Positions 33,892 to 43,989 of a DNA stretch of 64,000 nucleotides are shown piece by piece. The stretch comes from a virus: the IMG/VR virus record IMGVR_UViG_3300020158_000335, positions 1 through 64,000 of that record. The stretch is one strand, 5' to 3'. The notes below the pieces were generated by a model. It had not been told where the DNA came from. It made no database searches and saw only the letters and a program-made list of their open reading frames with translations. Position numbers and translations under genes: made by a program. Each line of letters opens with the position of its first letter. Positions within the stretch are counted from its first letter, which is position 1.

Positions 33892-36800
33892 ATCAAATCG
33901 TGTGTCAGAAGGGTTAACATGATGTCGTCAAACTCAAACGGGATGATGGACGGCTGTTTTTGTGTCTGTGTTTGCATTTGGGATGGGTTCCGTCTGTTTG
34001 TTTGTGGCTTTTGGAATCCGCCCTGCTGTCCGCCTGATGCCGATGATCCCCCGGAGCTGCCCCCGCTGTTGGCTATCACTACCGGTTGTGGTTCGGGTTT
34101 GGGCTGTACGATAGGGGCCGGGGCTGGCGGCTGTGTTTGTTGACTGCTGGCTATTGGTGCCGGTTGCTCGATTGCGGCTGGCTGGCTGGTGGCCGCCGCT
34201 TCAATAGGTTGAGCGCTTTGAGCGTCTTTGCTTTTCGCTTTGGTGATGGGATGTACCAGGTTTCCGTTTGCGTCTTTCCTGTTTTTTTCAGCGAAATACA
34301 TGTCTCTACGCTGGGCGCTCGTCAGCGTTTTCGGGTCCACGCCTTTAAGCGCCTGTGCAAATATGCTCGGTTCTTTTGTCCCACGCTGCGCATCGGTTGT
34401 CACGGCCTGGGCTGGTGCGGTTTCGGGTGCTGGGGCCGAGACAGGGCTTGTCGTTGCGGTCTGGACGGGTGTCACTGGCTCCGCTGGCTGGCTGGCGGTC
34501 GCCGCATCAATAGGTTGAGCACTCTGAGTATCTTTGCTTTTTGCTTTGGTGAGAGGATGCACCAGGTTCCCGTTCGCGTCTTTCCTGTTTTTTTCAGCGA
34601 AATACATATCTCTGCGCTGTTCGCTGGTAAGCGTTTTCGGGTCCAAGCCTTTCATCGCCTGCGCAAATATGCTCGGTTCTTTTGTTCCACGCTGTACATC
34701 GGTTGTCACAGCCTGGGCTGGTGCGGTTTCAGGTGATGGGGCAGCGACGGGAGTTGCGGTTACGTCCTGGACGGGTGCCACTGGACCCGCTGCGGCTGTT
34801 GGAACCATCGACTGGTCAATAGGTTGACCGATTTTTGATGCGACTTCTGGCGATGATAATGCTCCGATTTTTGCAGCGTCTTTGTTTTCATTTATGAATC
34901 TATTCCCCTGCTTGTTATGAGCTTTTATGCCTCCTTCTAATCTGGGGAAATGTGCTAAGGTGCCGTCTGCGTTTTTTCTACCTCGTTCAGCGTAAATTCT
35001 TTCTCTGATTTGCTCTTTTGATAGCGTTTTCGGGTCCACTCCTTTTGGGAAAGCCTGGTCTAATATCTGTGGCCCACCCCCCGGTCCATGCTGCGTACCG
35101 GTGGAAAATAGGACTTCCTGTAACATGGGATCGGTTGTGTCGATGCCCATTTTTTTGGCTTTTTTTTCGGTTGGCCCATAATGAGTTTTTTTAATGAAAT
35201 CAAACTGTGCCTGACCAAATGCTTCAGGGTTTTTAGCCGCAGTTTTTGGCCATTGCTCGTTGTATTCCTTGCTGCCAGGCTTCATCCCCTCAAAATCTTT
35301 TGCCCACGGACTTTGTTTGATAAAGTCCCCGACTGTACCGCCGGAGTGCATTTGGAACTTGCCATAAGCAAAGCCTTTCACGTCCGGGGCCACTGCCCCA
35401 ACATCGCCGCGTGACTCATAATGCTCAGCCAATGAACCCAGGCCGGCATATTGGTAGTCGTCCTTACCGCTGCCTTTCTTTTTCTTTCCTGATGTAGCGA
35501 CAGGGCTTGTGGTTGTGGTTTGGACGGGTGCGGAGGTTCCGGGTGATGATGTTGCGACAGGGCTTGTGGTTGCGACGGGCGCAGGGGTTCCAGGTGACGA
35601 TGTATCGACAGGGCTTGTGGTTGTGGTTTGGGCAGGTGCAGTTCTCGGTGATGAACCCGACTCGGTTACACGTCCGACCTCTGTGTGCCTCATTTTGATT
35701 CTTGGTATATGGGCATTCGCCATAAGCTCTTTTGCACCATCGAAGGCTGCGACAATGAGCGATTGCTGTGCCTTGAGCGCTGTAGCAAGAACGCCGGTTA
35801 TCTCGGCTTCTTTTTTAAGCTCCTGCTGGCTGCTCCCGTCTGTAGCTGTGGCTTCTTTGGGGGTACTGCTTCCGTCTGTGGCTGTGGCTTCTTGGGGGGT
35901 CCACTTGGCCATAGCTGCGGCTTGTTCTTCGTTTGGGGCCCACCTGGCTATAGCTGCTTTTTCTTCGTCGTCTGTAAGCCCCACAGTGTCCACGCCGCCA
36001 GCTTTATCTGCAACATAACGAGCTTTCTGGAGTGGACTGGCTTCCTCTCCGTCTGGTACCCCGTATTCTTTTTTTTGCCCTTCTTTATCGTTGTACGCAT
36101 CATAGATACGTTTTCCAACAACGGCTACGACTCCTGCGGTCACGACAGCAGCTATTGTAGCAGGTAAAGCCCCCAAGATAATCGGTGTGATAGCGATAGC
36201 ACCACTGGTTATCGCACCGGTTATCGCACCGGCTATCACACCAGTAATGTTATCGCCGATCCTTGATAATAACCCACCGCCTGAAGGCTGGTTTCCCGGC
36301 CTGCCTGTACCACCATGCCCGCCCGCGCCCGCTACAACTGTTGCTGTTGTACCATCGCCGGCTGTGGCTTGTTCGTGCTCCCGTTGTCCGACGCTTTGGA
36401 CTGGCCCTGCTGCCTGGGCATCGCCCAATGTTGATATGGCACCAATTAGCTGTTGGTTCCGGTTCTCAGCCGCAGTGTTGCTGGCCTGAACTGCCGTTGT
36501 AACCTCAGATGTTGCGGTAATCTGGGCGTCAACCGACCTGTCACCAGTACTGCGGTTGCCACGGATTCCACGGAATTTATTGACAACGCCCGTAAATGTG
36601 TCTTTGATTTGGCTGCCAAGGCCAATCATTTCAGAAATCATGCCGGTTATTGGGCCGCCCAACGTAGCCATTCCGACAGTTTCAGCCAAGTCGCCGTTTA
36701 TTGTAGATCCCCCAGCGTTTCGTCTGCCCGTGGATGTTTGTGGGCGGCCAGATGTACCACCGGATGTTGATGTACCTCCAGACGTGGCTTGTTCGTGCGC

Positions 36801-37151
36801 ACGTTGTCCGGCGCTGGTGAATCTGCCAGTGGCATCTCTGTTTCTTTGGATAGGGGTAACAACAGGGGCAGGGCTGGAAACAACAGGGGCATTCCCCGTA
36901 GCCGGGGCAGGGCTGGAAACAACCTGTACCCGCCCCCCACCGGAAGAACCCTGTCTGTTTGTCTCGACAGAATTTCTGCCGGTTGCGTCAAGCTTTACTG
37001 TGATTACAATATCTGTCTGTTGCCCAGGAGCTGCCGCGTACTCGACTGGGCGTGACGTTGTGCCACCAGATGCAAAAATATCCAGAATCTTTTTGGTATC
37101 GTGCTTAATTCCTACGACTATTGGTTCAATTCCATCGGTGGCTGTCGTCAT
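33888..37151 (-). CDS. sit: Tape measure protein Sit-like, with a lysozyme-like domain and internal repeats
   Basis: Position between pmgB and pmgA; hydrophobic segment; LGSLAEHYES...YGKFQM...QHG hydrolase motif. Confidence 0.75.
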   Translation of the reverse strand: MTTATDGIEPIVVGIKHDTKKILDIFASGGTTSRPVEYAAAPGQQTDIVITVKLDATGRNSVETNRQGSSGGGRVQVVSSPAPATGNAPVVSSPAPVVTPIQRNRDATGRFTSAGQRAHEQATSGGTSTSGGTSGRPQTSTGRRNAGGSTINGDLAETVGMATLGGPITGMISEMIGLGSQIKDTFTGVVNKFRGIRGNRSTGDRSVDAQITATSEVTTAVQASNTAAENRNQQLIGAISTLGDAQAAGPVQSVGQREHEQATAGDGTTATVVAGAGGHGGTGRPGNQPSGGGLLSRIGDNITGVIAGAITGAITSGAIAITPIILGALPATIAAVVTAGVVAVVGKRIYDAYNDKEGQKKEYGVPDGEEASPLQKARYVADKAGGVDTVGLTDDEEKAAIARWAPNEEQAAAMAKWTPQEATATDGSSTPKEATATDGSSQQELKKEAEITGVLATALKAQQSLIVAAFDGAKELMANAHIPRIKMRHTEVGRVTESGSSPRTAPAQTTTTSPVDTSSPGTPAPVATTSPVATSSPGTSAPVQTTTTSPVATSGKKKKGSGKDDYQYAGLGSLAEHYESRGDVGAVAPDVKGFAYGKFQMHSGGTVGDFIKQSPWAKDFEGMKPGSKEYNEQWPKTAAKNPEAFGQAQFDFIKKTHYGPTEKKAKKMGIDTTDPMLQEVLFSTGTQHGPGGGPQILDQAFPKGVDPKTLSKEQIRERIYAERGRKNADGTLAHFPRLEGGIKAHNKQGNRFINENKDAAKIGALSSPEVASKIGQPIDQSMVPTAAAGPVAPVQDVTATPVAAPSPETAPAQAVTTDVQRGTKEPSIFAQAMKGLDPKTLTSEQRRDMYFAEKNRKDANGNLVHPLTKAKSKDTQSAQPIDAATASQPAEPVTPVQTATTSPVSAPAPETAPAQAVTTDAQRGTKEPSIFAQALKGVDPKTLTSAQRRDMYFAEKNRKDANGNLVHPITKAKSKDAQSAQPIEAAATSQPAAIEQPAPIASSQQTQPPAPAPIVQPKPEPQPVVIANSGGSSGGSSASGGQQGGFQKPQTNRRNPSQMQTQTQKQPSIIPFEFDDIMLTLLTHDLM

Positions 37152-37283
37152 TTCTTTTTCATCTTTTTTACAAGTGCTGATTCCAGATTTAAAACAATCC
37201 GGATATCCGTATCAAGAACGTCTCGGAGGCCCTGTCCGGCCCACAGACACAAATTATCAATGATGGTCTGCCACGAATGACGG

Positions 37284-38060
37284 CTATACCAATGGAATGT
37301 TGACGAAACCCCGAAACGGAACCCTCAAAAGGGTCTCACTCCCAACTTCATCGCATGAAACACGGATGATTAAAAATATCCGTCCATCGGTAGTATCCAC
37401 CACGGACTCAAGGCCGTGTTCCATTTCCAGCGTTTTTTCAGCCACGGTATCAGACAAGGACTCCATATCTGACATGTTCATGGCCATAATTTTCTTTTCG
37501 TTTGCTTCGATTCTGTTTTCGTCAATCCCGACGCTGAAAAATGATAGGCTCCGGATCAGCGCTGCCAGCCTGATTCTTGAATGGATTGCATTGGCGTCTT
37601 TTTTGTCCATACCAGGAACGATGTTCCGCCGCATCAACTCCAGCGCTTCCATATCCGATCCAGTTAATGGCCGGACAACAACAGGCTCGCCGTTGTGCGT
37701 GAATTCACGTTCTGGCTTGCCGGATATTGATTTATAATTCTCAGCAAGCTTTTTCATGTCATAAGATATTGCATGGTTCTTTCCGCAATACCCGCAATCG
37801 TACCGAAACTGTGCGGACGAATCAGATGTCGTATGCAGCCAATACCAATAAAGGCCCAGGCGTCTGTCGTCTGCTGTCCAGGTTTTCGAGCTGACAAAGC
37901 CATCTCCCGGCAATTGCACACGATCCAGAAATATCGTTGTGATGGTTTCTTCCATTTCAGGGTCAACGTCACAGAAATCAAGTGCATCGGCAACTGTGGC
38001 CTCACGCATGGATATTTTTTTAAGCTGCTTACTGGGTAGGGAAAACGGGGGGATGTTCAT
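37284..38060 (-). CDS. pmgB: PmgB tail assembly chaperone (T4 gp26-like)
   Basis: IPPF.LPS, REATVADA, WTADDRR, CxxC and C-terminal VPFR. Confidence 0.75.
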   Translation of the reverse strand: MNIPPFSLPSKQLKKISMREATVADALDFCDVDPEMEETITTIFLDRVQLPGDGFVSSKTWTADDRRLGLYWYWLHTTSDSSAQFRYDCGYCGKNHAISYDMKKLAENYKSISGKPEREFTHNGEPVVVRPLTGSDMEALELMRRNIVPGMDKKDANAIHSRIRLAALIRSLSFFSVGIDENRIEANEKKIMAMNMSDMESLSDTVAEKTLEMEHGLESVVDTTDGRIFLIIRVSCDEVGSETLLRVPFRGFVNIPLV

Positions 38061-38092
38061 TTGAAATCCTTTCAGATTGTTTTTTTAGTTGG

Positions 38093-38722
38093 TTATGACT
38101 TATTTGTTCTGCTTTGCACAAATACAATAGGGAATTCGATATTCCCGCATTCATCACGGCTTTCTGTAATTTCTCCCAGCTTGGTTGGAATCACCCACCA
38201 GGAGTCGCAGGATTCCGGTGACACCTTTTCTTTATCCACAACTTTCAGCCTTTTCCCGTCAGCACCCAGGTTATATTTTTTAAGCAAAAACTCAATTTCG
38301 CCCAACGGCTTTATCGTTCCGTCTGTATCTATGATATTGCCGGTAATTTTTTTAAACCATTCGTAGATTTCGCGTTTTGAATTATCACGCATAGTCATAG
38401 TTATGGTGGTCGGTGATACTGCAATCGGAAAATTAAATGTGTGTCCGCCGATTTTCTCGGCTTCCATTTCGATTGCTATGGGGTCGTAAGTCACGTCTTT
38501 GACGTACATATCAAAATCAGCGACAGGTTGAAGCTTACTTTCAACAGATGGAAACGCATATTTACCGTCTGGTGTTGTAATATCTGTCGAGATAGGGCCG
38601 TTCACTGTCGTTTTCGTTAAGGTTATTTCGCCTATCACAATCTCAAACTGCCAGCCATGCCGAAACGGGTTTTCCTTCAATTTCTGGACTGCTTGTTTCA
38701 AGCTATCGAAATCTTCTGCCAT
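38093..38722 (-). CDS. tub: P1 Tub-like tail tube-fold protein
   Basis: F.HGWQFE, D.YVKDVTY, ITMTMRD and EFPI.F. Confidence 0.7.
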   Translation of the reverse strand: MAEDFDSLKQAVQKLKENPFRHGWQFEIVIGEITLTKTTVNGPISTDITTPDGKYAFPSVESKLQPVADFDMYVKDVTYDPIAIEMEAEKIGGHTFNFPIAVSPTTITMTMRDNSKREIYEWFKKITGNIIDTDGTIKPLGEIEFLLKKYNLGADGKRLKVVDKEKVSPESCDSWWVIPTKLGEITESRDECGNIEFPIVFVQSRTNKS

Positions 38723-38750
38723 AATGCTTCCTTGCAGTTGATAAAATGGT

Positions 38751-39293
38751 TTAAAACACGGACATCATGGGGACAATCGCCATGTTGTCTTCCATGTATG
38801 CTTCGATTGTGGTCTTGCGGTCAACCATATCGGCATTCGACGGAAGTTCCGTTTGCATCCCGGTCGAGATCGCTACAGCGCGGGCGCGTTCGGTGTTTGG
38901 GATACCAATCAACGCCACGATATAATCAATCAGAATACCGACAATGCCCGCTGGCAGGTCGGTATCCAGATCATAATCTCGTAGGTTCACAAAATAATAA
39001 AACGTGTAAGGCGGATAACTGTTTGTGTCTTCTTCAACTGATAGATTCGTTTCGTCCTGAATGATTTCATGAAATCTGCTGTTTTTGTCGCTGGCATAAA
39101 TAGCAGATAACATGTCATCAGGGATCGCCACAAATGTCTCAATATCGGTTGATTTTATGGTTTTTATCACGCCGGCCTTGTCTTGATAAACCCCAAGCGC
39201 TCGGCGTAATAACGATTCAAGTTTGTCGCTGTCACTGTGATAAAGCGGCGTGAATTGCGACGTTGCGGCTTCTAAGGCTTCGGTTGGGGTCAT
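38751..39293 (-). CDS. pmgC: PmgC-like head-tail adaptor
   Basis: MTP...LE...FTPL, LESLLR.ALG.YQD.AG, Y.VNLRD.DL and LI.IPNT.R. Confidence 0.75.
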   Translation of the reverse strand: MTPTEALEAATSQFTPLYHSDSDKLESLLRRALGVYQDKAGVIKTIKSTDIETFVAIPDDMLSAIYASDKNSRFHEIIQDETNLSVEEDTNSYPPYTFYYFVNLRDYDLDTDLPAGIVGILIDYIVALIGIPNTERARAVAISTGMQTELPSNADMVDRKTTIEAYMEDNMAIVPMMSVF

Positions 39294-39814
39294 GATGATG
39301 CCGGGAAATAACTGCCGTGAAGGGTTCCGGATAATTTCAATGGCACAGCGTCTTCTACCGACAAATCCGCGCCGTCAAGTTCAATCCAGCAATCTGTAAT
39401 CACCCATTTACGGTTTGTTGTCGATGTAGCGGTTGCCTCAGATCTCAATTCAAGAGTAACTTCAAAATATTTCTTCCCCTTTGTCCAGGCTTTCAGGATT
39501 TTGTACGCTGCCCCTTTTACGACTTCCCTGAATGTGATCGCCATTTCGATTTCATTGATGAAACGACCTTGCTGGATTGATCTAACACCCATCTGCCCGA
39601 CTGTCTCAACGACTTCGCGTTTAATTGCCGGAGTTGTCGCTGCCTGTACCAAATACGTCAGGCCAGAAGCGTCGATGCTTGTGTCGTCACTTACTATTGT
39701 CATCCAAAAATCTTGCGCCCTGGCTGCCTCTCCTTTATCCAATAGCCCAGTATCGTAAGATGTTCTTAAAAGAGCTAATGCTGCTGATGGTGTTGGCCCA
39801 GAAATACTACCCAT
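39290..39814 (-). CDS. bplB: BplB-like tail tube protein, copy 2
   Basis: Paralog of 39828..40325. Confidence 0.7.
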   Translation of the reverse strand: MGSISGPTPSAALALLRTSYDTGLLDKGEAARAQDFWMTIVSDDTSIDASGLTYLVQAATTPAIKREVVETVGQMGVRSIQQGRFINEIEMAITFREVVKGAAYKILKAWTKGKKYFEVTLELRSEATATSTTNRKWVITDCWIELDGADLSVEDAVPLKLSGTLHGSYFPASS

Positions 39815-39827
39815 GTCAAACTCCTTT

Positions 39828-40325
39828 TCAGCTTGGTAGATAACTACCGTGAAGGGTTCCAGACAATTTTAGCGGCACGGCGTCCTCTACAGATAAATCC
39901 GCACCATCAAGTTCAATCCAACAGTCTTCTATTTTCCAAAATCCATCGGCACCGTCTGCGGCTACACCTTGTGTTTCTGATTTCAATGCAATGGTAACTG
40001 TCTTGTATGCTTTGGTTTCAGACCAAGCATGTAAAGCTGTATATGCCAAGCCGCTTACGACTTCCTTAAACGTAATAGCCATTTCAATCTCGTTGATGAA
40101 ACGGCCTTGCTGAATTGATCGCACGCCAAAAGGCCCGACCACTTCAACGACCTCTCGTTTGAGCGCCGGTGTTGTCGCTGCCTGAATTAACCAATGTAAG
40201 TTAGCATCACCGTCCACAGTCATCACAAAATCCTGAGCGCGTGCCGACTCACCATACGATAGCATTCTGCTGTACGATTCGCTTAGCAATGACATACTCG
40301 CTGTCACACCACCTGAAATTGCCAT
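39828..40325 (-). CDS. bplB: BplB-like tail tube protein, copy 1
   Basis: L.QA...P...RE.VE..GP.GV...Q.G tube-fold pattern; synteny. Confidence 0.7.
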   Translation of the reverse strand: MAISGGVTASMSLLSESYSRMLSYGESARAQDFVMTVDGDANLHWLIQAATTPALKREVVEVVGPFGVRSIQQGRFINEIEMAITFKEVVSGLAYTALHAWSETKAYKTVTIALKSETQGVAADGADGFWKIEDCWIELDGADLSVEDAVPLKLSGTLHGSYLPS

Positions 40326-40373
40326 ATTTTACCTCTCTTAAATTATATCTTCCGAAACCTACTCGGTTATGTA

Positions 40374-41048
40374 TTACGTTGTTATCTTCCCGTACCCTTT
40401 TTCCAGGTCAGACCTGGTAAGCGCTTCCATCGTTTCGATATGCAAAGAAACATCCGCCCGAAGCAAGTAGCCGCGCTTATCTTTTTCTTTATCATAAGAT
40501 GAAGACAAGCTTCTTATGATGCAGTTTGTGAGAATCACTTTCCGGGCAATGTTTATATCAACCGGCAGTGGAACACGGTTATTAAGTACTCCTTCTGGTA
40601 GCGTGCCATTATATATTTCCTCAGCCACATCCATAAGATTCGGGGCCATGAACATCTCAAGAGCCTCGATTGCTTTTTCAACGTATTGATCAAACGGGTC
40701 GGCATCTGTACCTTGTGCTTGACATAACGCCCGCAGCTTCATCACTATATTGAACGTGTACGGCTGATTTCCAGACCATATCTGTTGACTGTTTAACTTC
40801 GATTGTGTCGATAAGCCCGTTACCATCTGGAAACCTGCACCCATTTTCTGGAATTTGGATTCAAGGCTCGTATCTGCAAACGGCATTTCCCAGTTGGAAA
40901 CGATTTCCCTGGTGGTGCCTTCTCCGATATATCCGATCACGCAAGTGTTACCCTGTGAAATCCATATTTTATGGAAGTCGGATATCCCGTCGACTATCTG
41001 AAACGCGCCATACCATTTTGTAATGGGTGTTTTTGTGGTTTCAGCCAT
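40374..41048 (-). CDS. pmgG: PmgG-like morphogenesis protein
   Basis: VIGYIGEG, WE.PF, NSQQIW.G..P. Confidence 0.7.
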   Translation of the reverse strand: MAETTKTPITKWYGAFQIVDGISDFHKIWISQGNTCVIGYIGEGTTREIVSNWEMPFADTSLESKFQKMGAGFQMVTGLSTQSKLNSQQIWSGNQPYTFNIVMKLRALCQAQGTDADPFDQYVEKAIEALEMFMAPNLMDVAEEIYNGTLPEGVLNNRVPLPVDINIARKVILTNCIIRSLSSSYDKEKDKRGYLLRADVSLHIETMEALTRSDLEKGYGKITT

Positions 41049-41054
41049 ATCGTT

Positions 41055-41756
41055 TTATAGACCCATCGTTTTTCTGAGCTTCATACTGTGTTTACGGTTA
41101 CGAATCGCAGACGAGGTGTGGGATTTAAGCCGAGCCTTTTTAAGCGCAGCTCGTGTTCCGCTGGATATCTGGTGGTGTATCCTCTTCAACTTTTTTTTGC
41201 CCCATGACATGACACCGCCCAGGATTTTCTTGACCATAGATTCCATTATCTGGCCGCCCCTGCTGTTGTTGTCCCCAGCCACGCCCAGAACGTAATTGCT
41301 GATAATGTCTTCATCAGATGTTTCCATTGCACCGATTTTCTCGGCAAGCATCGCGCCCATAGTCGCCCCGGTGTCAGAATCTTCGTCACCGATGAATTTT
41401 CCGATGGCATCCGCATCAGCACCAAGAGACGCAAAGGCATCACCTACAGCGCCGAACATGTCATTGTAATAATTCTCTTCATCGCCGCCTTCCTGGACTT
41501 CACCGTCACCATCCAGATCGGCGTAACCCTGGATAAACGTATCAAGTGAATCGAATGAAAAATCACCTTCGCTCACCCATCCCAAAGCCACAGCCATACC
41601 ATGAGACATCAATTGTTTTGTCGCAAAATCGTCAGCCGCCGCAGCCCCGCCGTCGTCCTCATAGATTGCCATATCAAGCTTCTTTTCCCTGGGAAATGAC
41701 GGCATGTGTTCATCGTCAAGCTCGCCCATTTCATCGTATATGCAGAATTCACTCAT
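41055..41756 (-). CDS. P1 gp21-like protein (acidic core, basic C-terminus)
   Basis: W...GD.SFDSLD.F.Q and ALKKAR.K...A...R.HSMKLR. Confidence 0.75.
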   Translation of the reverse strand: MSEFCIYDEMGELDDEHMPSFPREKKLDMAIYEDDGGAAAADDFATKQLMSHGMAVALGWVSEGDFSFDSLDTFIQGYADLDGDGEVQEGGDEENYYNDMFGAVGDAFASLGADADAIGKFIGDEDSDTGATMGAMLAEKIGAMETSDEDIISNYVLGVAGDNNSRGGQIMESMVKKILGGVMSWGKKKLKRIHHQISSGTRAALKKARLKSHTSSAIRNRKHSMKLRKTMGL

Positions 41757-41838
41757 GCGTTTTATCCTTTCTTCAAACGATATGAACCGGTTTCAGTTGA
41801 CAGCCTTTACAAGCAGCCAACTGAAACCAGATTTTTAA

Positions 41839-43593
41839 TTACAGAACCATAATCGGCTGGCCAACAATTCGCCGTGCGGAGCCTGTCGGGCAAAACGACC
41901 ATTCGACAAGCCATCTGTCGATTTCAGGTTGGGTCACCAGGAAGACATACGGATTCGTATCAGTTGCGGCATACGCATTGACTGAATACGGTGATGCAGT
42001 AAACATCGAACGAGGCGGAGATAACGCCCCTGATATAACCAGGTCTCCCAGGATTTTTGTCATACCGCGCGTCAAGCCATCAGCGGTAAGGCGATCCGGT
42101 TCGTGCTGGAGCTGCGAGGCCATTTCCAGAAAACGATAGTCGATATAATTGGCGATCCGGTTCACCCAGACAAAACGGCTGTAGTTTTCGAGGGAGTTCA
42201 GTGTCAGCGCATCATCAATAATCGCACCACCTGTCGGGCCAGGTACAATCGGGTTGATCCGAAGTTCAACCAGTGCATCCCGATCCACAACATCTTCCGG
42301 ATAAATAAACTCAATCGCCGTTCGGCTAAGCCTGCCTCTGATACGGCCCGCCGGAGAGTAATGGATACCAGGGGTTTCACCGGAATAATTGGCGTCCCCA
42401 TTCGCACAGGCTGCGACAACAGCGCCGCTTGCGCCCCATATCGTTTTCCCGCCGTACCATTCATCATTGGCGGCAATCGGGCAGTGGTAGGCCGCTGCAA
42501 AACGGGTGTCAAACGCTGCGCTGCTGATCCATCCGGAAATTACTGATTGATTCTGATAACAGGGGACATCAAGGAAAAACATGGTATGTCTGAGTTCTGC
42601 AATATCAATACAGTTCTGCAAAACATCCATATCATAGCATCCAGCCGCAAACATCAGATAGGCCGTAACCGCCTCGCTGCGGAACATGTCCCAGGCTGCA
42701 ATCCATTCCTGAGTCGTCGGGACACCACCGTTGCTTCCGCCTTCAAATGTCGTTTTTGTCGCAAGTTCAGCAACCGCATTAATGCTGCCAATTGCATCAG
42801 CCCAGTCGTTACTGACGTTCCAATCACAGCGGAACCGAACAGATCGCTCTTCAAGAATGGTTTCGATGAAAACGCTTCTGCCCATATCGTCTTTGTCAAG
42901 CGGATTAACGCCCACAGTCCAATATTCGAGCAGGTATTCAATACCGCGTTCATCCTTGTCGAAAAACTGAATCGTAAAGCGCTCTTTGTCAGTATTGACG
43001 GCGGTAATCTTGAACGACCGATTAAGGCAAGGATCACCATCAATCGGATAAATCGAACAAAGATATCCGGTCTCGGCCGCAATGGGCGTACCATAAGAGT
43101 GATTGCTTTTTTCGACCGGGGATTCAAACGCATCCCATTCAGTCGCCGCCGATGTCGGTTCGGTCGATGAGGACGTATGAGCGGTAACACAGATCAATTT
43201 TGCTGGGCCAGTAATGGCCACAACATCACCCACAACATACGGGGTCGTTTGCGTCCAAGCGTCTTTGTCCTGTGTAACCAATATTTCAAGTGAAGGAAAC
43301 GCTGCATCAGCGCTAACCACACGCACGGCATTGACGTAAATGCACTCTTTGGCAGCATCGTTTAAATGACGCAGCCCTTCCATCTGGGTACGATCCGCAA
43401 TGGTCTTGGAATAAGGTTTCCCGAACACAGTCTCCCAGGTTTGATAATTTACCTGGCAGACTTTGCCCACTGGGCCTTTTTGCGCCTGGATGACAGTGGC
43501 CCCGATTGACACAGGCCCGCCGCCAGTTTTCAGCGTATTATCAATCAGGCGGAGAACTGTAATCCCCGCCGCATTTGTTACGATACTTTTCAT
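41839..43593 (-). CDS. Tail sheath protein (P1 gp22-like)
   Basis: VRVV..DA.FP, DDMGR..FIET.LE, RINP and CPTGSARRI.GQP. Confidence 0.85.
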   Translation of the reverse strand: MKSIVTNAAGITVLRLIDNTLKTGGGPVSIGATVIQAQKGPVGKVCQVNYQTWETVFGKPYSKTIADRTQMEGLRHLNDAAKECIYVNAVRVVSADAAFPSLEILVTQDKDAWTQTTPYVVGDVVAITGPAKLICVTAHTSSSTEPTSAATEWDAFESPVEKSNHSYGTPIAAETGYLCSIYPIDGDPCLNRSFKITAVNTDKERFTIQFFDKDERGIEYLLEYWTVGVNPLDKDDMGRSVFIETILEERSVRFRCDWNVSNDWADAIGSINAVAELATKTTFEGGSNGGVPTTQEWIAAWDMFRSEAVTAYLMFAAGCYDMDVLQNCIDIAELRHTMFFLDVPCYQNQSVISGWISSAAFDTRFAAAYHCPIAANDEWYGGKTIWGASGAVVAACANGDANYSGETPGIHYSPAGRIRGRLSRTAIEFIYPEDVVDRDALVELRINPIVPGPTGGAIIDDALTLNSLENYSRFVWVNRIANYIDYRFLEMASQLQHEPDRLTADGLTRGMTKILGDLVISGALSPPRSMFTASPYSVNAYAATDTNPYVFLVTQPEIDRWLVEWSFCPTGSARRIVGQPIMVL

Positions 43594-43979
43594 ATTTTTC
43601 TGCCTCTCTTTTTGGGCTTTTGGGATTTAACTCTTGGGGCATCCGTTTTTTCAGGGCCGGCCTCGGTTATGGGTTCGGGATCAATGAATTCAACGGGATC
43701 GACTGGATCAACGGCTATGGCTTCCTCCGATGTAGAATCGGTATCCACTGTGTCAGGCGGTTCCACGGGCTTATCGGGATTTCTGATACAGACCGTTTCA
43801 TGCATCTGCATCTGAGCGGCTGGCGCTTTTTTCGCCAGGATATCCGCAAACGCCCGCACCTGAGCATCTGATGCAAAGTCAATTTCGATGGATCCGAAGG
43901 CGGGCAGTTTGATAACTCTACCCGCCTCAACAGGGATGTCTCTGGAATCACAATGATGGTTTGTAATCGTGATTTTCAT
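43590..43979 (-). CDS. Hypothetical protein
   Basis: Between capsid and sheath genes; acidic Pro-rich tail. Confidence 0.5.
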   Translation of the reverse strand: MKITITNHHCDSRDIPVEAGRVIKLPAFGSIEIDFASDAQVRAFADILAKKAPAAQMQMHETVCIRNPDKPVEPPDTVDTDSTSEEAIAVDPVDPVEFIDPEPITEAGPEKTDAPRVKSQKPKKRGRKI

Positions 43980-43989
43980 ACCGATACCC

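Noticed and set aside
33919-37263. Long plus-strand ORFs opposite sit (and opposite other structural genes)
   Set aside because: Antisense shadows of low-complexity coding sequence with no recognisable motifs.
40358-40373. Seventh operator copy upstream of bplB
   Set aside because: Only the right half-site (GGTTATGTA) matches.
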